Positions 25,465-42,255 of a stretch of DNA of 64,000 bases are shown in pieces. The stretch's first letter is position 1. Each line of letters begins with the position of its first letter. The position numbers and the translations under genes were made by a program. The DNA is from the human T2T-CHM13v2.0 reference genome, Homo sapiens. A model generated the notes under the pieces. It was not told where the DNA came from. It did no database searches and worked only from the letters and a program-made list of their open reading frames with translations. The stretch is from NCBI RefSeq assembly GCF_009914755.1, contig NC_060925.1; one strand, 5' to 3'.

Positions 25465-27308
25465 GTAAGAGAGGACACAGCATAATTGCAGCAATTATAG
25501 ATATGAGTAACATTCTTTCTCAAGTTGATGTTGTTTTATTCCTAATTTATTTATTTGTATTGTTTCTAACTAATGGGATGATCCAGTTTACACTGTTAGG
25601 AAAATTTCTTTTATAGTTGCCTAAAATTATCACCTTTCACATGAATGGTGAGAATACAACAGCATGCATATAAAATTCCAATCTGACAGGTCATAAATAT
25701 ACATTTGGATATGTGTATCTATTACTTACAAAAGTAAAAAGAAATGTTCTAATGCACAGTTTGAACCTAAAATATACATACATAAAGTTCTTGAAAGATG
25801 CCAACTTGAATCCAATTTTAAATGAAAAAGTTTAAAATTCGTAAGATGAGATGAGTTGATATGTAAATATGTCAATCAAATTGATTGTTGGCAGAGTGAA
25901 ACCAGTTTTAACTAAGATAACCATGAATACGTTTGTTCATGAAGCCTAAATACAGTGACATTAGAAATGTTAGTGGATAAAAGCTGCGTACTTTAATTTC
26001 AGTTTGAACAGATGTTTTATGTTATATCTTTATTGAGATGAAGTAGATAACTCCAATTTTAGTTGACAACATGGATAAAGTTTTTAGAGAGGCAGTTCTA
26101 ATAGGCTGACTTTTGATTTTCTATTTTTATGTTACAGTACAGGACCTTGAAGGTTTTCATTCTTTGTATTCAATGAAAGCAGGTTGTTTATTCAATTAAA
26201 ATAGTAAGACTGGGTTCTTAGTGTCAATATTTTAAAATAATTGTTTTAGAATTTAGAAGTAGGTCGCTCCAAATAAGTTTTTTTTCAAATATGTTTCTAG
26301 TTCGAGGTTTTTCATCATATTTTCCAACATATTTTCTCTTTTGAGCCAATGAAGTCTTTACAACAAATGATGCAAAGACAATTGGGAAAAGTATTGAAAA
26401 TGAAAGTGATAATGAAGACTAGAACAAAAAGCTTTTCAAGTCATAACTGAAATCCTTAGTACTAAATTAAAATCCTGGCAACCAAAGTAAAATTCTGCTT
26501 TTGTACCACTATATTTGGTGTTGTAATGGGTTTTACATTTTCAGAAGACTTTTAATTATTAACATGTACAAATAATGAAACATTTTATTGCATCCAGTTG
26601 GGGGCGTGCCTGATAGTGGAATGGAAAATGCTTTCTGTCAGGGACTGAAGGCCTAGGTCTACTAAGTTTATCACAGATAACTTTTCTTTCCTGATATATT
26701 GTAATTTTTTAAAAAGGAATCAATATATTGGCATACTTTTGGCCTTTCGTATTATTCTACAGCATTCTGACAGCATAATATTTTGGACTAACTGCAAAAA
26801 TACATCAGGAAAGAGTCTCAGTTATTTAAAATTCCATTATAATTTTCTAGAGGAAAAAAGATCAGGGACAATAGGAGTATAATATCACTTGTAAAGGAAT
26901 AACTTGTTTAGAAGCATTTGCAATATTAGAAGTATTTGCAGTATTAAATCTCATTTTAATTAATCCGTGATGGTATGGAGGCTAAAGTTGCAGGATTTAC
27001 AAGGAGCAGTTTTCATTTGTAAACGTTTTCTGATAATAGTGAAACAATAGTAGTTTTCATAATGACGTTTAGTGGTATGTTTTTAGATAGAGATGTGCCT
27101 TTTTAGGAGGTCACAGCTTTAGGAATAAAACCTCTGAACAGTTACAAGATGTTTGTGATGTGTTGTGAAGTGATGTGCTTGTTACCATTTTTTTTTCCCA
27201 GACGGAATGTGAGGAAATCTTATAGGTACTCTTTTTAACTGTTTTGTATTGAACAGACAGTTTCAGAAAAGAAGTCGTGGTGTCTCATTCCATGGATGAT
27301 TTGGAGTA

Positions 27309-27388
27309 GCAAAGCAGCAATTGTTCTTTGGTCTTTCAGCCATGACCTGACCTTCTGTCTGTGAGACCAAAGAACTACTTTGCTTGGC
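27309..27388 (+). ncRNA. MIR4677: pre-miRNA hairpin hsa-mir-4677 (5p arm ~27321-27342, 3p arm ~27358-27379)
   Basis: Visible stem: GTTCTTTGGTCT pairs with AGACCAAAGAAC and GCAAAG with CTTTGC; sequence matches my recall of miR-4677, an SDCCAG8-intronic miRNA. Confidence 0.88.
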
Positions 27389-28087
27389 CACCATCTGCAC
27401 TCAAGAGAGAAATTTACATTTAACTTTTAAAAGCGGGGCATGTTGAGCATTTATCTGAAATACCTACAATAATATAAAGTAGATTAAATGTTTAAGTGTT
27501 GTGTATCTTACAATTCAGCATCACAAGCAGGCTATCTGTAGGTTTGCAAACAAGGTGTTCTTCATAATATAGTCATTTTATTCATATTTTAGTTCATCTG
27601 ACCACTTGATACATTTTTAAAGTGGGTGGGAAACTGTGAGATTGGAATGTGTGAGAACAACAGCTTTTTTGATGTATACAAAATAGGGCAAATGGTTAAC
27701 CACCAAAATAATTTTCCTTGTGACCTGAGCCTTGGCTCTGGCATAATTAGAAGGAAAGGTTAGGAGAGTAACAATGGCAGTCGCTTCCACCCACTTTCTT
27801 CTTTTCTTCTTTATATTGTGTCAGGAACCGATGGGCGGATTATCCTTCCCATCAACTCCTTTGTATCTCTTCAGCTTAGAGAATTCCTGTCAGCCTCAGA
27901 GGATGCTTCTTGCACCAGAAAAAGAGGCATTTGGTATGGAGGAGAATGTGAAATATGCTCTTTGATTTTTATGAGAAATTTTTTTAGGCAATGGTTATAC
28001 ACACACACACACTCGATCAGGGGAATTTAAAAACATGTATGAGGGTATAGGGAATATTGTAATGAGTCCTCACATTTCCATCACCTA

Positions 28088-28214
28088 CACTCATCATTTT
28101 GCCCGTCCTCTTCCTCAGTCCTATTCCATCACTCATCATTTTGCCAGTCCCCTTCCTCAATCCTATTCCATCACTCATCATTTTGCCAGTCCTCCTCCTC
28201 AATCCTATTCCATC
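28088..28214. repeat. 42-bp tandem repeat x3 followed by CT-rich low complexity (to ~28340)
   Basis: cactcatcattttgcc...tcctattccat at 28088, 28130, 28172. Confidence 0.9.
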
Positions 28215-29067
28215 TATCTCACTTTTTTCTCTCTACTTCTGTCCTCATCGTCACCTTCATCTTCTTTGTCATGTTTTTTCTGCTCCACCTTCTCATCTTC
28301 ATCTTCTTCTGTCTTCTTCCTCTACCTCTTTTTCTTCTTTTGCAGAAGTATTTTAAATGGATCTCAGACCTTATGTTATTTTACTCATAAATACCCATGT
28401 GGATCTATGAAGGATATTTTTACATACTATGTCATTATCATACCTAACAATGTTAACAATACTTCTTTAATATCAAATAACACCCAGCCTATATTCACAT
28501 TTCTTTGTCTCAAAAATGTTGATTTTACAGTTGGTTTATTCAAATTAGGAGAACAAGTATGTTTTTGTATGTCCAATTTTCTGGTGTTACCCTTTTTAAT
28601 AGGAAATAAACAGAACTCTTAGTAAAATTTCATCTTTCTTTGTTGTTGTCTGTTAAATTTTGTACATAATGTTTTGATTATGCTTTATTTTTATAAAATG
28701 CCTCATTGTCATTCTAAAGAGGTATAAATTAATCCTACAGCAAAGTATGTGAAGGAAATGGCTACCACGCAGCATTCCTGATAATCATATCCCAAAAGGA
28801 GCTTCCTCGCATCCGAAACCCCAAATTCAGCATTAATTTCACAGCCTTGTATTTAAGATTTGGACATGTTGCAGGAGGCCCTAACATGACAAGGATGAGC
28901 TGACCTGAAATGAGTGATGCAGAAATAGAGTTTTTTTGTCAACTTCCCTTTTGGTAAATTAATCTGAGAAGACGATTCTTTATAGCCGCTAACCTTTGAT
29001 TAGGGCCCAGTGCAAAGTGAAAATACAGGACCCTTTTGTTCAGAAAGCAGGAAAGAAGTGATATTAA

Positions 29068-29475
<408 letters not shown>

Positions 29476-29817
29476 TGGGGCGGGAATTCTTACCTCCCTG
29501 TCCAGCTCTAAGATGGCAGGGATGGGCACACTTGACTCAATCCTCTCTAAACACACATTCAGGATTCTGCCAGGGGCAAAAGACACAGGAGAACACACAC
29601 CTCCCCCAGTGACATACGCACCTCCCCCAGTGCCCTGGTCCCACCCTAGGTGGAGGGACCCACCCCAGCAGCAGGGCAGGGCGGGATAGAGGAAGCTGGA
29701 GAGGAGTATATTTCTGAGAACTGCGTAGGGCTGCAGTGAGGCAGTGGAAAGATGAGACCACATACAGGAGTTCAGTCTCCATTGTTCCATCAGAGTACAC
29801 CTACAAAACACAATTCT

Positions 29818-30148
29818 AGCCGGGCGTGGTGGCTCACGCCTGTAATCCCAGCGCTTTGGGAGGCCGAGGTGGCGGATCACCTGAGGTCGGGAGTTTGAGA
29901 CCAGCCTGACCAATATGGAGAAACCCCGTCTCTACTAAAAATACAAAAAAAAAAAAAAAAATTAGCCGGACATGATGGCACATGCCTGTAATCCCAGCTA
30001 CTCAGGAGGGTGAGGCAGGAGAATTGCTTGAACCCAGGAGGCGGACGTTGTGGTGAGCCGAGATCACGCCACTGCACTCCAGCCTGGGCAACAAGAGCGA
30101 AACCCTGTCTTGGATAAAAACAAAACAAACAAAACAAAAAAAAAAAAA
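29818..30148 (+). mobile_element. Alu (AluSp-like)
   Basis: gaggtcgggag...atggagaaacccc diagnostics; TSD aaaacacaattcta. Confidence 0.95.
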
Positions 30149-30394
30149 CACAATTCTAAGATACAATTGCTAATAATTTCAAGACATTGACCACAGAGTA
30201 TTAAACTGCAAGTGTAAGGACCCTTCTGAACAGCACATGTGTGACTGCACTGATCACGTGCCCAAGAAACTGCCATAACCAGGGGGATGGGCAAATGGAG
30301 ATTTTGCATACTAATATATGTGTATATATCCCCACTCACATATACAGACACATATGCATATTCAATATGCTAATGTGCCCAGTATTCATAAAAA

Positions 30395-30612
30395 AGTGTT
30401 AGCCAACTACAGCTCATAGGTCAAGTCTGGCCTGCTGTCTATGTTACAAATAAAGTTTTATTAGAACTCAGCCATACCTACTCATATATGTATCACCTAT
30501 TGCTACTTCCTGCAACAACAGCAGAGTTGAGGAGTTGTGGTAGAGACCATATAGCCCACAAAGCCTAAAATATTTACTGTCTGACCCTTTACAGAAAAAG
30601 TTGCCAATCCCT
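30395..30612. mobile_element. MER58A-like (hAT-Charlie) relic
   Basis: aaataaagttttattagaac...gcccacaaagcctaaaatatttactgtctgaccctttacagaaaaagttgcc. Confidence 0.85.
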
Positions 30613-31319
30613 ACCTTGAGTATAGAAATACAACTGTATTTTTTAAGTTTCCTCTGACTTACTAGGATGCTGAGCTTTGAGTTTGAAGACCCATGTATCT
30701 TAAATAATAACAATGGTTTTAGAGTATTTTGCAGTATAACAAATGTGCCACATCTTTAGTCTCTTAAAAATCTAATGGCATTACTCAGCGAGTGTATCAC
30801 TGATAATCATGGCATTTTCTTATTAGTGGCACATGACTTACTAGTGGCTTGGATGGGAGTGTAAATACCATATGATTTTATATTTACAATTTTGTTTTTA
30901 GGTTGGTTCCAATTTTATTTTTCAGAGATAAGAAGGCTGATATAGAAAGCGTCTTTCTTTTTTTTTTTTTACCGGCATTGTATAAATTATAATTTTGGAG
31001 TTGTGGCTACTACTGAGTAGAAAACATCAAGTTTGAAATGACTTTAATGGAGCAATCAAAGCAAATATTCAGGGTGGGGTATCTCTGCAAAAGAAATAGA
31101 TCCAAAAATTTTGGCTGGAAAAATGAGGGCAAAAAAGGATTTGAGGGTTGCTCATATCTACAGCAGTGATTCAGCACTTGGACACTGACATTAAGGATGG
31201 AGTGTAAGGACACAGGAATTATCGCCTAAATTCAGTTGAATTAACTAGACTGTTGGAAGAAGTGCATCTATATTGTATGGCTTTGTGTAAGGAGAAGAAG
31301 GCCTGCCTGCAAGCCCTAA

Positions 31320-31673
<354 letters not shown>

Positions 31674-34333
31674 TAAAAGCAATAAAGAAAAGTTGAAGAA
31701 TTGTACCTTTTACTTAGAGAAGACTTCAACATTGCTTCACATCTTCAAGGATTTGACAAATTATTTCAAGGAAAAAGTTAAACACCTGATTTGAGTCTTC
31801 AATATGGACAGAACAAGAACAAAGGGATTTAACTACAGCAACTACAAATCACAATAGCCTGAAACAAGAATTTTCTGACAGTAAGGTGATTGAAATTGCT
31901 GCAACAGGCCATGGAACCTTTTCCCTGGAAGTTTTAGTTTTAAATAGTAGCAGCAATATGATTTACCTGAAGACCCAGCTCATGGACCTCTGAGGTCCAG
32001 TCTTCTATTTGATTCTGGAAGCGTCCTAGAAAGACATCGTTGTATCTTTTAAAAGTGGGTAACAGCAGTGTTAGTCTTTTCTACTTGAAACCTAGCACTT
32101 ACAGATTAAAGTAAAATCCTGTTCCGTTCTATTCTCTGCTTTGTGTCTTTAAAGCTGTGTACTCTTTTTCAGAAGGTTTTTGGGGAATATGCTAAGATAA
32201 TGGATGACTTCTCAAGAGCCAGACTTCAGAAACTTATCCAACTACCACCTGCAGTCTCACTTCTCCCTCTACAAAATGACTGGGAGAGGGGCCATTTGGG
32301 CCTGCCTTTGGTACATGTAATCACTCGGTCCTGGTGATGACAGAGTTGCTCTCCAGTATTCTTCACACCCTCTTTCAGTCTGTAGACTTAGCACATTCTT
32401 GTCCCTGCTCCCTACGAAGACAACAGCAGTTCCAGAGGGCTTGGCTTACCCAGACCAGTATGCTAGACACTGTGGGGGTAATAACTAGGAGACCCAGGTC
32501 CTACCCTTAGGGAGTTTATATTCTAGTTGAGGAGTCAGAGTACACATTAGAACATGCCTTAAGAATACTTGCAAAGCAGCATATCGACAAGTGCAAATTA
32601 ATGTAGTGTGAACTTCATGCTGGCTACAGCCCATGAGAGGGAGAATCTGGTTCCATGTGTGTGATGCAATAAAGCTTTTTTATAGCATCTTCTCTAAGTA
32701 TGCCCTAAAGCATTGTTCAGCATACTTAGAGAAATTTGTGTTCTTATCGCAGCCTAACCAAGAATTCTGAGAAAATTCTTCAGCCTAACATATGTCTAAT
32801 AAATCAGCCTCTTTTGTTCTTGTCCTGGATGATGCTTGAATGGGACAAGTAGGATTTATTGGATTATACAAATAATTTAAAATATGTTCATTTAATAAAA
32901 GTCTAAGTTATTGATTGAACTTATTTTTCTAAAATGCTGTGCCAAATTACTTTCTTCATCTAAAATCATCATGTTGGTAAAATCACAAAATTAGCAGTAA
33001 AAAAATATAATTCAATTTTTCTGCATAAAGAAGCAGTTCCAAATCAATCCAGTGAATAATACCGAGTTGGAGATCATTGGGGCATTTAGCATTTAGTCAC
33101 GTTGTTAATGATTTAGGCAGTTGTTTTCTGAGGCAGGGTATGTATACCTCATTCATAGAAACACTGACTTTTCAATTAACATGCTCAAAAAAAGAATCTA
33201 TTAATTTCTGCTTGTTATTTGATTTTCCAACAAAGATGATAATGCTGTTTAACATAATAATTTATTTTACAAAATCAAATGTATAAGCAGAGACAACACA
33301 TCTGAAAATAGCAATTTAGGTATATTTAGAAGATAAGAGTACAAATAGGAAATAAAACAAGCTTTCTTAGAAATAATATGCCTTATAGGAGAAACATTAA
33401 GAAATAAATATTTGCCTTTGGATGGGAATAGAAAACTGTAAACTGGACTCTAAGAATATTCCTGTGTGCCCTGAAGAAATATAATGTTTGCTATATTTTC
33501 AGTTTCAGTGGATGACATGTGTTTTGGTTCTTTGAACATTTTTTTGCATGCTTGTTTTGACTGTAAAAGTTGACTTACCAGCCAACTGCCAACTTGCAAA
33601 GTGCCTTCTCAGGTACCAACTCTGCAGTTCTGGTAGCTACCAGGTAGTGACAGTTCTTTAAATGTGTCCATGCAGCCCAACAAGCTGAGAGACATTAGAC
33701 ATAAGACAACTACATATGCTTTCTTTTTGTTTATAGTCCAGAAATATTAGTACCTATATCCAATATAAATATCACTAATTACTACATATGCATACATTTA
33801 AAAAAATTTATTGTATAAACATAAGCACATTAACAGAAGCCAGTAGTTCCATCACCCAAACAGTGTAAATTGTTTTTATTTTTCTGTTTTACCTTCCACT
33901 TTTTGTACATATGCATCTATAATATTTGCAAATATAAATAGATTCTAGTTTTGGTTTTTGCTTTTTTCATTTAACATTATCTTAAGCATTTTTTCTGTGT
34001 TGCTCCTTATTCTTCATAGTGATCACTTTACTGTGGCCATTTACATATACCTGTAAGGGAAAATGATAGTAAGTTAGATTTTGAGAACAGCCACTATGAC
34101 AGATTTAGAGCCCTTTTGCCCTAAACTTCATATGTTGCTTTAATTCAATAACCATATATTATGTGCACTCTACTTAGCTATAATCAATTTCTGTCAGAAA
34201 GGAGTATGTAAACCAGGTATGCCAATAAATATATGTCAAAGAGAACATAGTAGCTATCAGCAAAATGCAAAAGGCATGGGAATTTGGGAGGGGAAAGATA
34301 ACATCCTTGCAGGGTGGTTAGAATGTTGCCTAG

Positions 34334-34809
<476 letters not shown>

Positions 34810-36054
34810 TTATTTCAAGTGCCACTTCTCTGTTGTAATAGATTGCTCATAGAAAATGGGTTTTAGTAACACTCAGAATCCCAATATAATTGTCTCCTTG
34901 TAATATACTGTATGCCCTGCAGTCAGGCACAGAAGTCATGGTATCGTTTGGGAATGTATGCATATGTATTTCATTTGCTTTGTAGTAGGTTTTATGTAAT
35001 GGAAAAATTTTAAGATTTTTCAAATTTCAGATAACATAAATAAAATGTCATTTTATTTACAGTGTTAGAGTCATATAGGATTGTTTTCCTAGAAATAAAG
35101 AATTGACAATTATCTTGATTTGTGGAGGATTAGCACATGACTGTTGATGAAAGGTGAAACACAGATCATACAGGGTACTACTTTACTTAAGGACCATGAG
35201 TACAAAGTCATGACTTTCTGATTTAGCTTTTCCAGCTAATTTCCTGAGCAAACCTCTCAGAGCCTCAGTTTATTTCCCAGTGAAGTGAGAAGCTTGGACA
35301 AGTGGTAGCAAAAGTTTTCTCCAGCTGTAAATTCTTGCATTTCTAGAAACACAGGAAGTATTTCTTTGCCCCTCTTAATTGTGAATTAAATATTCATAAA
35401 ATCAACAGAAATTGCATGGAGCCTCAAGTTTTATTCTGTATTTTCCAGTTATTCACTTTCACTTTATAAACATGACACTTTTGTTAAGATTATAAAAATG
35501 AATTTTGACTGTCATCTGCAATTTTAGACATTTTCGTTATGATTGGTAATAGAACAATAAAATGTCTAGCCTTGTAAAGAGTTAAGTTTACTTACAAGAC
35601 AGACATCATCTAATTTGCAACAAGGATTAAAGCCCCACTCTGAATTAAAATTTCTACTGGAAAGATTTGAGGCACTGGCAAACTGTCAAAGGTAGTATTG
35701 TGCGAGAGTAACCAGCTTTTGCAAGACCTGTGAAAGTAAATCTCTTCGGCCAGAGTTTCTTAGGTGTGTGAACTTATGATGATCAGGAATACATTGGTGG
35801 ATTCCCACTAGAGAAACGCACCATTAATAGTTAATGCTTTCACTTTCTGTTTTCACTTGTTGCCCTCATAAATGCAAGCATGGAATGAAAAGCTGTGGTA
35901 GTTCTGGACACAGATGACCTAGAATATGATCATCTTAAGATTTTGCTCTGGGAGTTCTTTTTAAAATCAATCAAAATGAAATCAAAAACAATTTTGCAAT
36001 TGTCTTAGAGGTTTTACAGATCCCTGGCATGTTTTTCTGACCCTCACTGGAGTT

Positions 36055-36190
36055 CAGTATGAGACAGACCACGCTACAAAGAGATTCCTGATCTAACTCT
36101 AGGCTGTTCATGAGTGTTAGACACACAGTGTGAGACAGATCACCCTACACAGAGATTCCTGATCTAACTCTAGGCTGCTCCTGAGTGTTA
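36055..36190. repeat. Diverged tandem duplication, period 71 bp
   Basis: cagt(a/g)tgagacaga...gagattcctgatctaactctaggctg...gagtgtta at 36055 and 36126. Confidence 0.9.
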
Positions 36191-36443
36191 ATGAGTTGCA
36201 AGGTGTTTAGAGTTTTCATATTACTCTTCTTAACAGATGGTCAAGTTAATTTAACTCTTTTTGGTGTTAACATCTGTACTTAAGTGGATTTGTTACACTT
36301 ACATTTAGGAAAAAGACAAGAAAGCTGCAGGGTCTTTATTTCTGGCCTGCCTTCTGCCATCCCTGAAAATTTCTGGAGTTTCCTATAGGAATGGAAAATT
36401 CTTCTTTGTATAAAATCTCTCTACTTACAACTGAAGTCCTGAT

Positions 36444-36447
<4 letters not shown>

Positions 36448-36474
<27 letters not shown>
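36448..36474. repeat. (CT)n microsatellite
   Basis: About 13 CT units. Confidence 0.9.
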
Positions 36475-36740
36475 GTCCCCTACCCTCTCTCCATGGTAAT
36501 AAATTATACAAGTAGTAGTGTTAGCCTTTCTTCATGAGTCAAGCTGTCATTGAAAATTCCCATTAAAGTGCGAGGGGACGCTCATATCTTTAAAGAAAGT
36601 GTGGCTGCCAAGGAAACGAGGGAGGTAAAAATAAACTTTTAAGGAGATCTTGAGATGGAAGAGAAAGAATCGTTCTACTCGAAAGATTATTTCAAATGCT
36701 ACCTTTTCTGTTGGACTCTTCTTTCTTTCTTTATGATTAA

Positions 36741-37038
<298 letters not shown>

Positions 37039-37835
37039 TGTGGATTCTTCTTTAGCTTGCTTAGAATGTTCTGCAAAGAAATCTGAATTCACTCATATGG
37101 AGAGGTGATTGTCATATCCTAGTTTGCATTAGAAACTTTAGGGTGTCATTTTCAACTAAATTTATCGTAGAACTGTAGGAGGGTCAGTGTTTCTTCCCTA
37201 ATATACTGAAGGTCCACTATGTGTATAGCGAATTAAGCTATGCAAGGTTTTATATAATAAGAACCAGACATGTTTCATTTTAAAGGCGGCGTCAACACAG
37301 ACTAACGAATACGTCAAATATCTGTATGTATTTTTAAATCTATATGTAGATATATAGCTTTCTATATATCTTATTAATCTATAACCTTACTGTGACTTAC
37401 TAATGATTTTTCTTGAGCAGAACCTGAAGTTTGAAGTATCTCAATGCTGAATTTGACATACCATAGACTTACTTCAATGGCTAGGAGAGCAAGAAAGATG
37501 CTAGAATTATCTTTAGTTATAAAAACAAGAAGAGAAAAGAAAAGTAGTGGCGGGGGGGGTGGTGGGGGAAGTGGGAAGAGAAAATGGGAAAGACTTTAGA
37601 GGAAGACATTCTAAAGGCATTTATACTAAGAAGAATTGGGCTTTTTTTTTCCTGTTTATACTGTTTCACCTTAAACTATAACTCAGAAGAGGCAAACATG
37701 ACCACCTATCCATCAGTATAATAATGCATCAGGATTTTCAGAAGGGAACCACAATAATGGATTTTAAAAAACCATTACTGGTATGAAAATCCCTTTTCCC
37801 CTACAACCACTGCTGATTGTCGAAAATAACTTCAT

Positions 37836-38150
37836 GCTAGACATGGTGGCTTACTCCCGTAATCTTAGCACTTCAGGTGTCCCAAAGCAGGAGAATCGTT
37901 GAGCCCAGGAGTTTGAGACCAGCCTAGCCAACATGGTGTGACCCCATCTCTACAAAAAAAAGAAAAAAAAAATCAAAAAATTACCCAGGTATGGTGTCAT
38001 GTGCCTGTAGTTCCAGCTACATGGGAGGCTGAGGTGGGAGGATCACTCACACCCAGAAGGTCAAGGCTGCAATAAATTGTGTTCATGCACTGCACTGCAG
38101 CCTGGGCAACAGAGCAAGACCCTGTCTGAAAAGTAATAATAATATATAAT
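37836..38150 (+). mobile_element. Alu (AluJ-like)
   Basis: Diverged Alu; TSD aataactt(c/t)at. Confidence 0.9.
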
Positions 38151-38229
38151 AATAACTTTATGTACTTTGGCATTTTTCAGAAGATGCTTCTTACCCACAT
38201 AGCAATGGAATTTATGAAGGTAACTTTTG

Positions 38230-38599
<370 letters not shown>

Positions 38600-38929
38600 T
38601 CAGATAATAAAGAGCAATGGCTTGGTGGGCACCAAGGGTCAGAAAGACTTTAATAACTTAGTCCACCTCCTCCATTCTGTATATGATGAGACTGTGAGTC
38701 AGCTGGGAGTAATTACCTTATTTCCATGCAGCCATTTATTTAACTAATAATTAGTGATAACCTATTATGTGTTGCAAACAAATACGCACAGGGGTGCAAT
38801 GAAAAATAAAAATATATTTACTGCTCTTAACAACTCTTATAGTTTGGTGAGGAAGTTAAATGTGCTGGGGGTTCAGCAAAGGGTCTGGCCTACTGTGGCG
38901 GGAGAGGGTCCAGAAAGATTTTACACATT

Positions 38930-40593
38930 TACAGTCAATTGATTTTCAGCAAGGATATTAAAACTCAATAGGGAGCAAACAGACTTTACAGTAAATGGTG
39001 CTGGGAAAACCTGATACCCACAGGTAAAAGAAAGAACTTGGGTTCCTACCTCATAGTGTAGACAAAAATTAACTCAAAATGGATGAAAGACTAAATGTAA
39101 GAGCTAAACTTAGAAAACTCTTAGAAGAAAACATAGGCATACATCTTAGTGACTTTGGATTAGGTAATGGTTTCTTAGGTATGATGCCAAAAGCACAAAG
39201 AACAATAGAAAAAAAATAGATAAATTGAATGTCATCAAAATTAAAAACTTTTGACCTTTAAAGAACATTATCAAGAAAAAAGACAACCCACAGAACGGGA
39301 GAAAATTTTTGGTAACTCATGTATCTGATAAGAGACTTGTATCTAGGATATGTAAGGTACATTTACAATTTAATAATAAAAAGACTCCTCAATTTTTAAA
39401 TGGGCAAAAGATCCGAATAGACTTTTTTTAAAGAAGATATGTTAATAATAACTATATTATTAACAAATGATTAATAAACATGTGAAAAGATGCTCAACAT
39501 CATTAGCTATCAGGAAAATGCAAACCAAAACCAAGATGAGAAACCATTTCACATCTACTTTGGATAAGTGTAATAAAAAAGACAGATAATAACAAGTGTC
39601 GGTGAGGATGTAGAGAAACTGGAACTCCCCCATAAGTTGCTGGTAGAATTTAAAGTCATACAGGCTGAAAAATATTCGGGCAGTTTCTCAAAATGTTCAA
39701 CATAGAGATATCATATGACCCAGCAATTCCAGTCCTGGGTCTATACTCAAGAGAAATCAAAACATGCTACTCAAAAACTTCTACACGGATGTTCATAGCA
39801 TTATTCATAGTAGCCCCAAACTGCCAATACCCCAAATGTCTATCAACTGATGAATGGATAAATAAAATGTGGGGTGTGTGTATATAGATACATATTACAT
39901 GGCAGTAAAAAAGAATGAAGTAATGATACATTCTACAGCATGGTAGACTTACAATTGAAAACATCATGTTAGATGAAAGAAGCCAGTCACAAAAGACAAC
40001 ATATTGTATGATTCAATTTATATGAAATGTTTAGAATGGGCAAATCTATAGAGACAGAAAGATTAGTGATTGTCCAGGTCTGAAATTGGGGACAAATGGG
40101 AGGGACTCCTGATGGGCATGGAGTTTCTTTTGGGGTGATAAAATGTTCTAAAATCGGTTGTGGTAATAGTTGCACAACTATTTTATTTCCTCAGTCCTGA
40201 ACTTCATGTCCAGGTAGAGATTTATTCCCTAGAGTAACTAAGGAGGAGGAGTGTTAGCCAGCACCTTCCTCCTTCCTCTTGGTGACTAGAGTGTTAGCAC
40301 GTCAGTCCAATTCTGAAGTTCAATCATTGGAAGCCTACTTACCCATAGATTTGAGCCACATTCTCTAAAATTGATTTCATTGCTAATACAGATGAACAGG
40401 CTTGCTCCATACTGTTCTACAGGCTGTGCACTGCACAATTCCACAGATGCCATTTGCACTATAGTCATGGCGGCCTCACAGTGAATGTACTAAACTCCGT
40501 GAATGTACTAAAAACTATTCAATTGTATACTTTCGGTGGGTGAATTCTATGGTGTGTGGATGATCTTAATAAAGTTGTTATTTTAGAAAAAAA
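38930..40593 (+). mobile_element. Old L1 (L1M) ORF2 end + 3'UTR
   Basis: ORF2 motifs (aaatggtgctggga, aaaattaactcaaaatggat, tatgacccagcaattcc) and terminal aataaagttgtt...A tail. Confidence 0.9.
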
Positions 40594-41233
40594 ATATATC
40601 ATCCAAGTCATATTTTAGCCCAGTCTGGAGGGAACAAGAGTGGGAAGTGAAGGCCATTCAGGAAAACAGGACAGAGTCACAAAGGCACTGTTCTGTGTGT
40701 ACCTGGAGGGCACAAGCGGGTGCAACAGATGAGGAGGGAAAGACAGAGCCCCACAAAACTGAAATGACATGCCAGAAGTGGCTGTAAGGTCCTTAAAGTC
40801 AGGGTCTTAACTTACCCTTCATTGTGTGTCCGGTACTCGGCACAGAGGAGACCTACGGCAGATATTTATCTGTTGATTGAGTGAATGCATAGTGAGCTAA
40901 GAACAAACCTTGAATACTTAGTGATAGTATCTAAATGAGATGACTGAGCTTCTCACTCCTAGGTCAGTCTTTGTTGTGCTATGTCTGATGGAAAGTTTTA
41001 GAATCAAGATGAGAATAACTCCTTTTATAATGATACTCATATTTTAGCAGTTATATGTGTTGAAAATGTTTGATCAGTCTTTTTTATATTTAGTTGTTCT
41101 AGTAAGTATATAATGGTATCTCATTGTGGTTTTAATTTTCATTTCCCTAGTGATGAATGGTACTGAGCATTTTTTCAGATGCTTTTCTTCTGTCCATATA
41201 TCTTCTTCACATATATCCACTGCTACCGTCTAG

Positions 41234-41583
<350 letters not shown>

Positions 41584-41673
41584 AGCAACAGTCTCTTAAC
41601 TGGGGCTCCCTGCTTCTCCTCATCTAGCCCCTTCACAGCATAAGGGCCAGAGAAAGTCTGTTAAACTTTCATC

Positions 41674-42255
<582 letters not shown>

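Noticed and set aside
25210-25494. Antisense ORFs over exons (also 59741..60091, 11637..11822)
   Set aside because: Shadow frames of the real coiled-coil exons.
28035-28622. 195-aa ORF
   Set aside because: Built from a 42-bp triplication and CT-rich low-complexity DNA; no splice or protein-family signal.
37549-37575. G-run cluster as a G-quadruplex element
   Set aside because: Short low-complexity purine tract with no other support.
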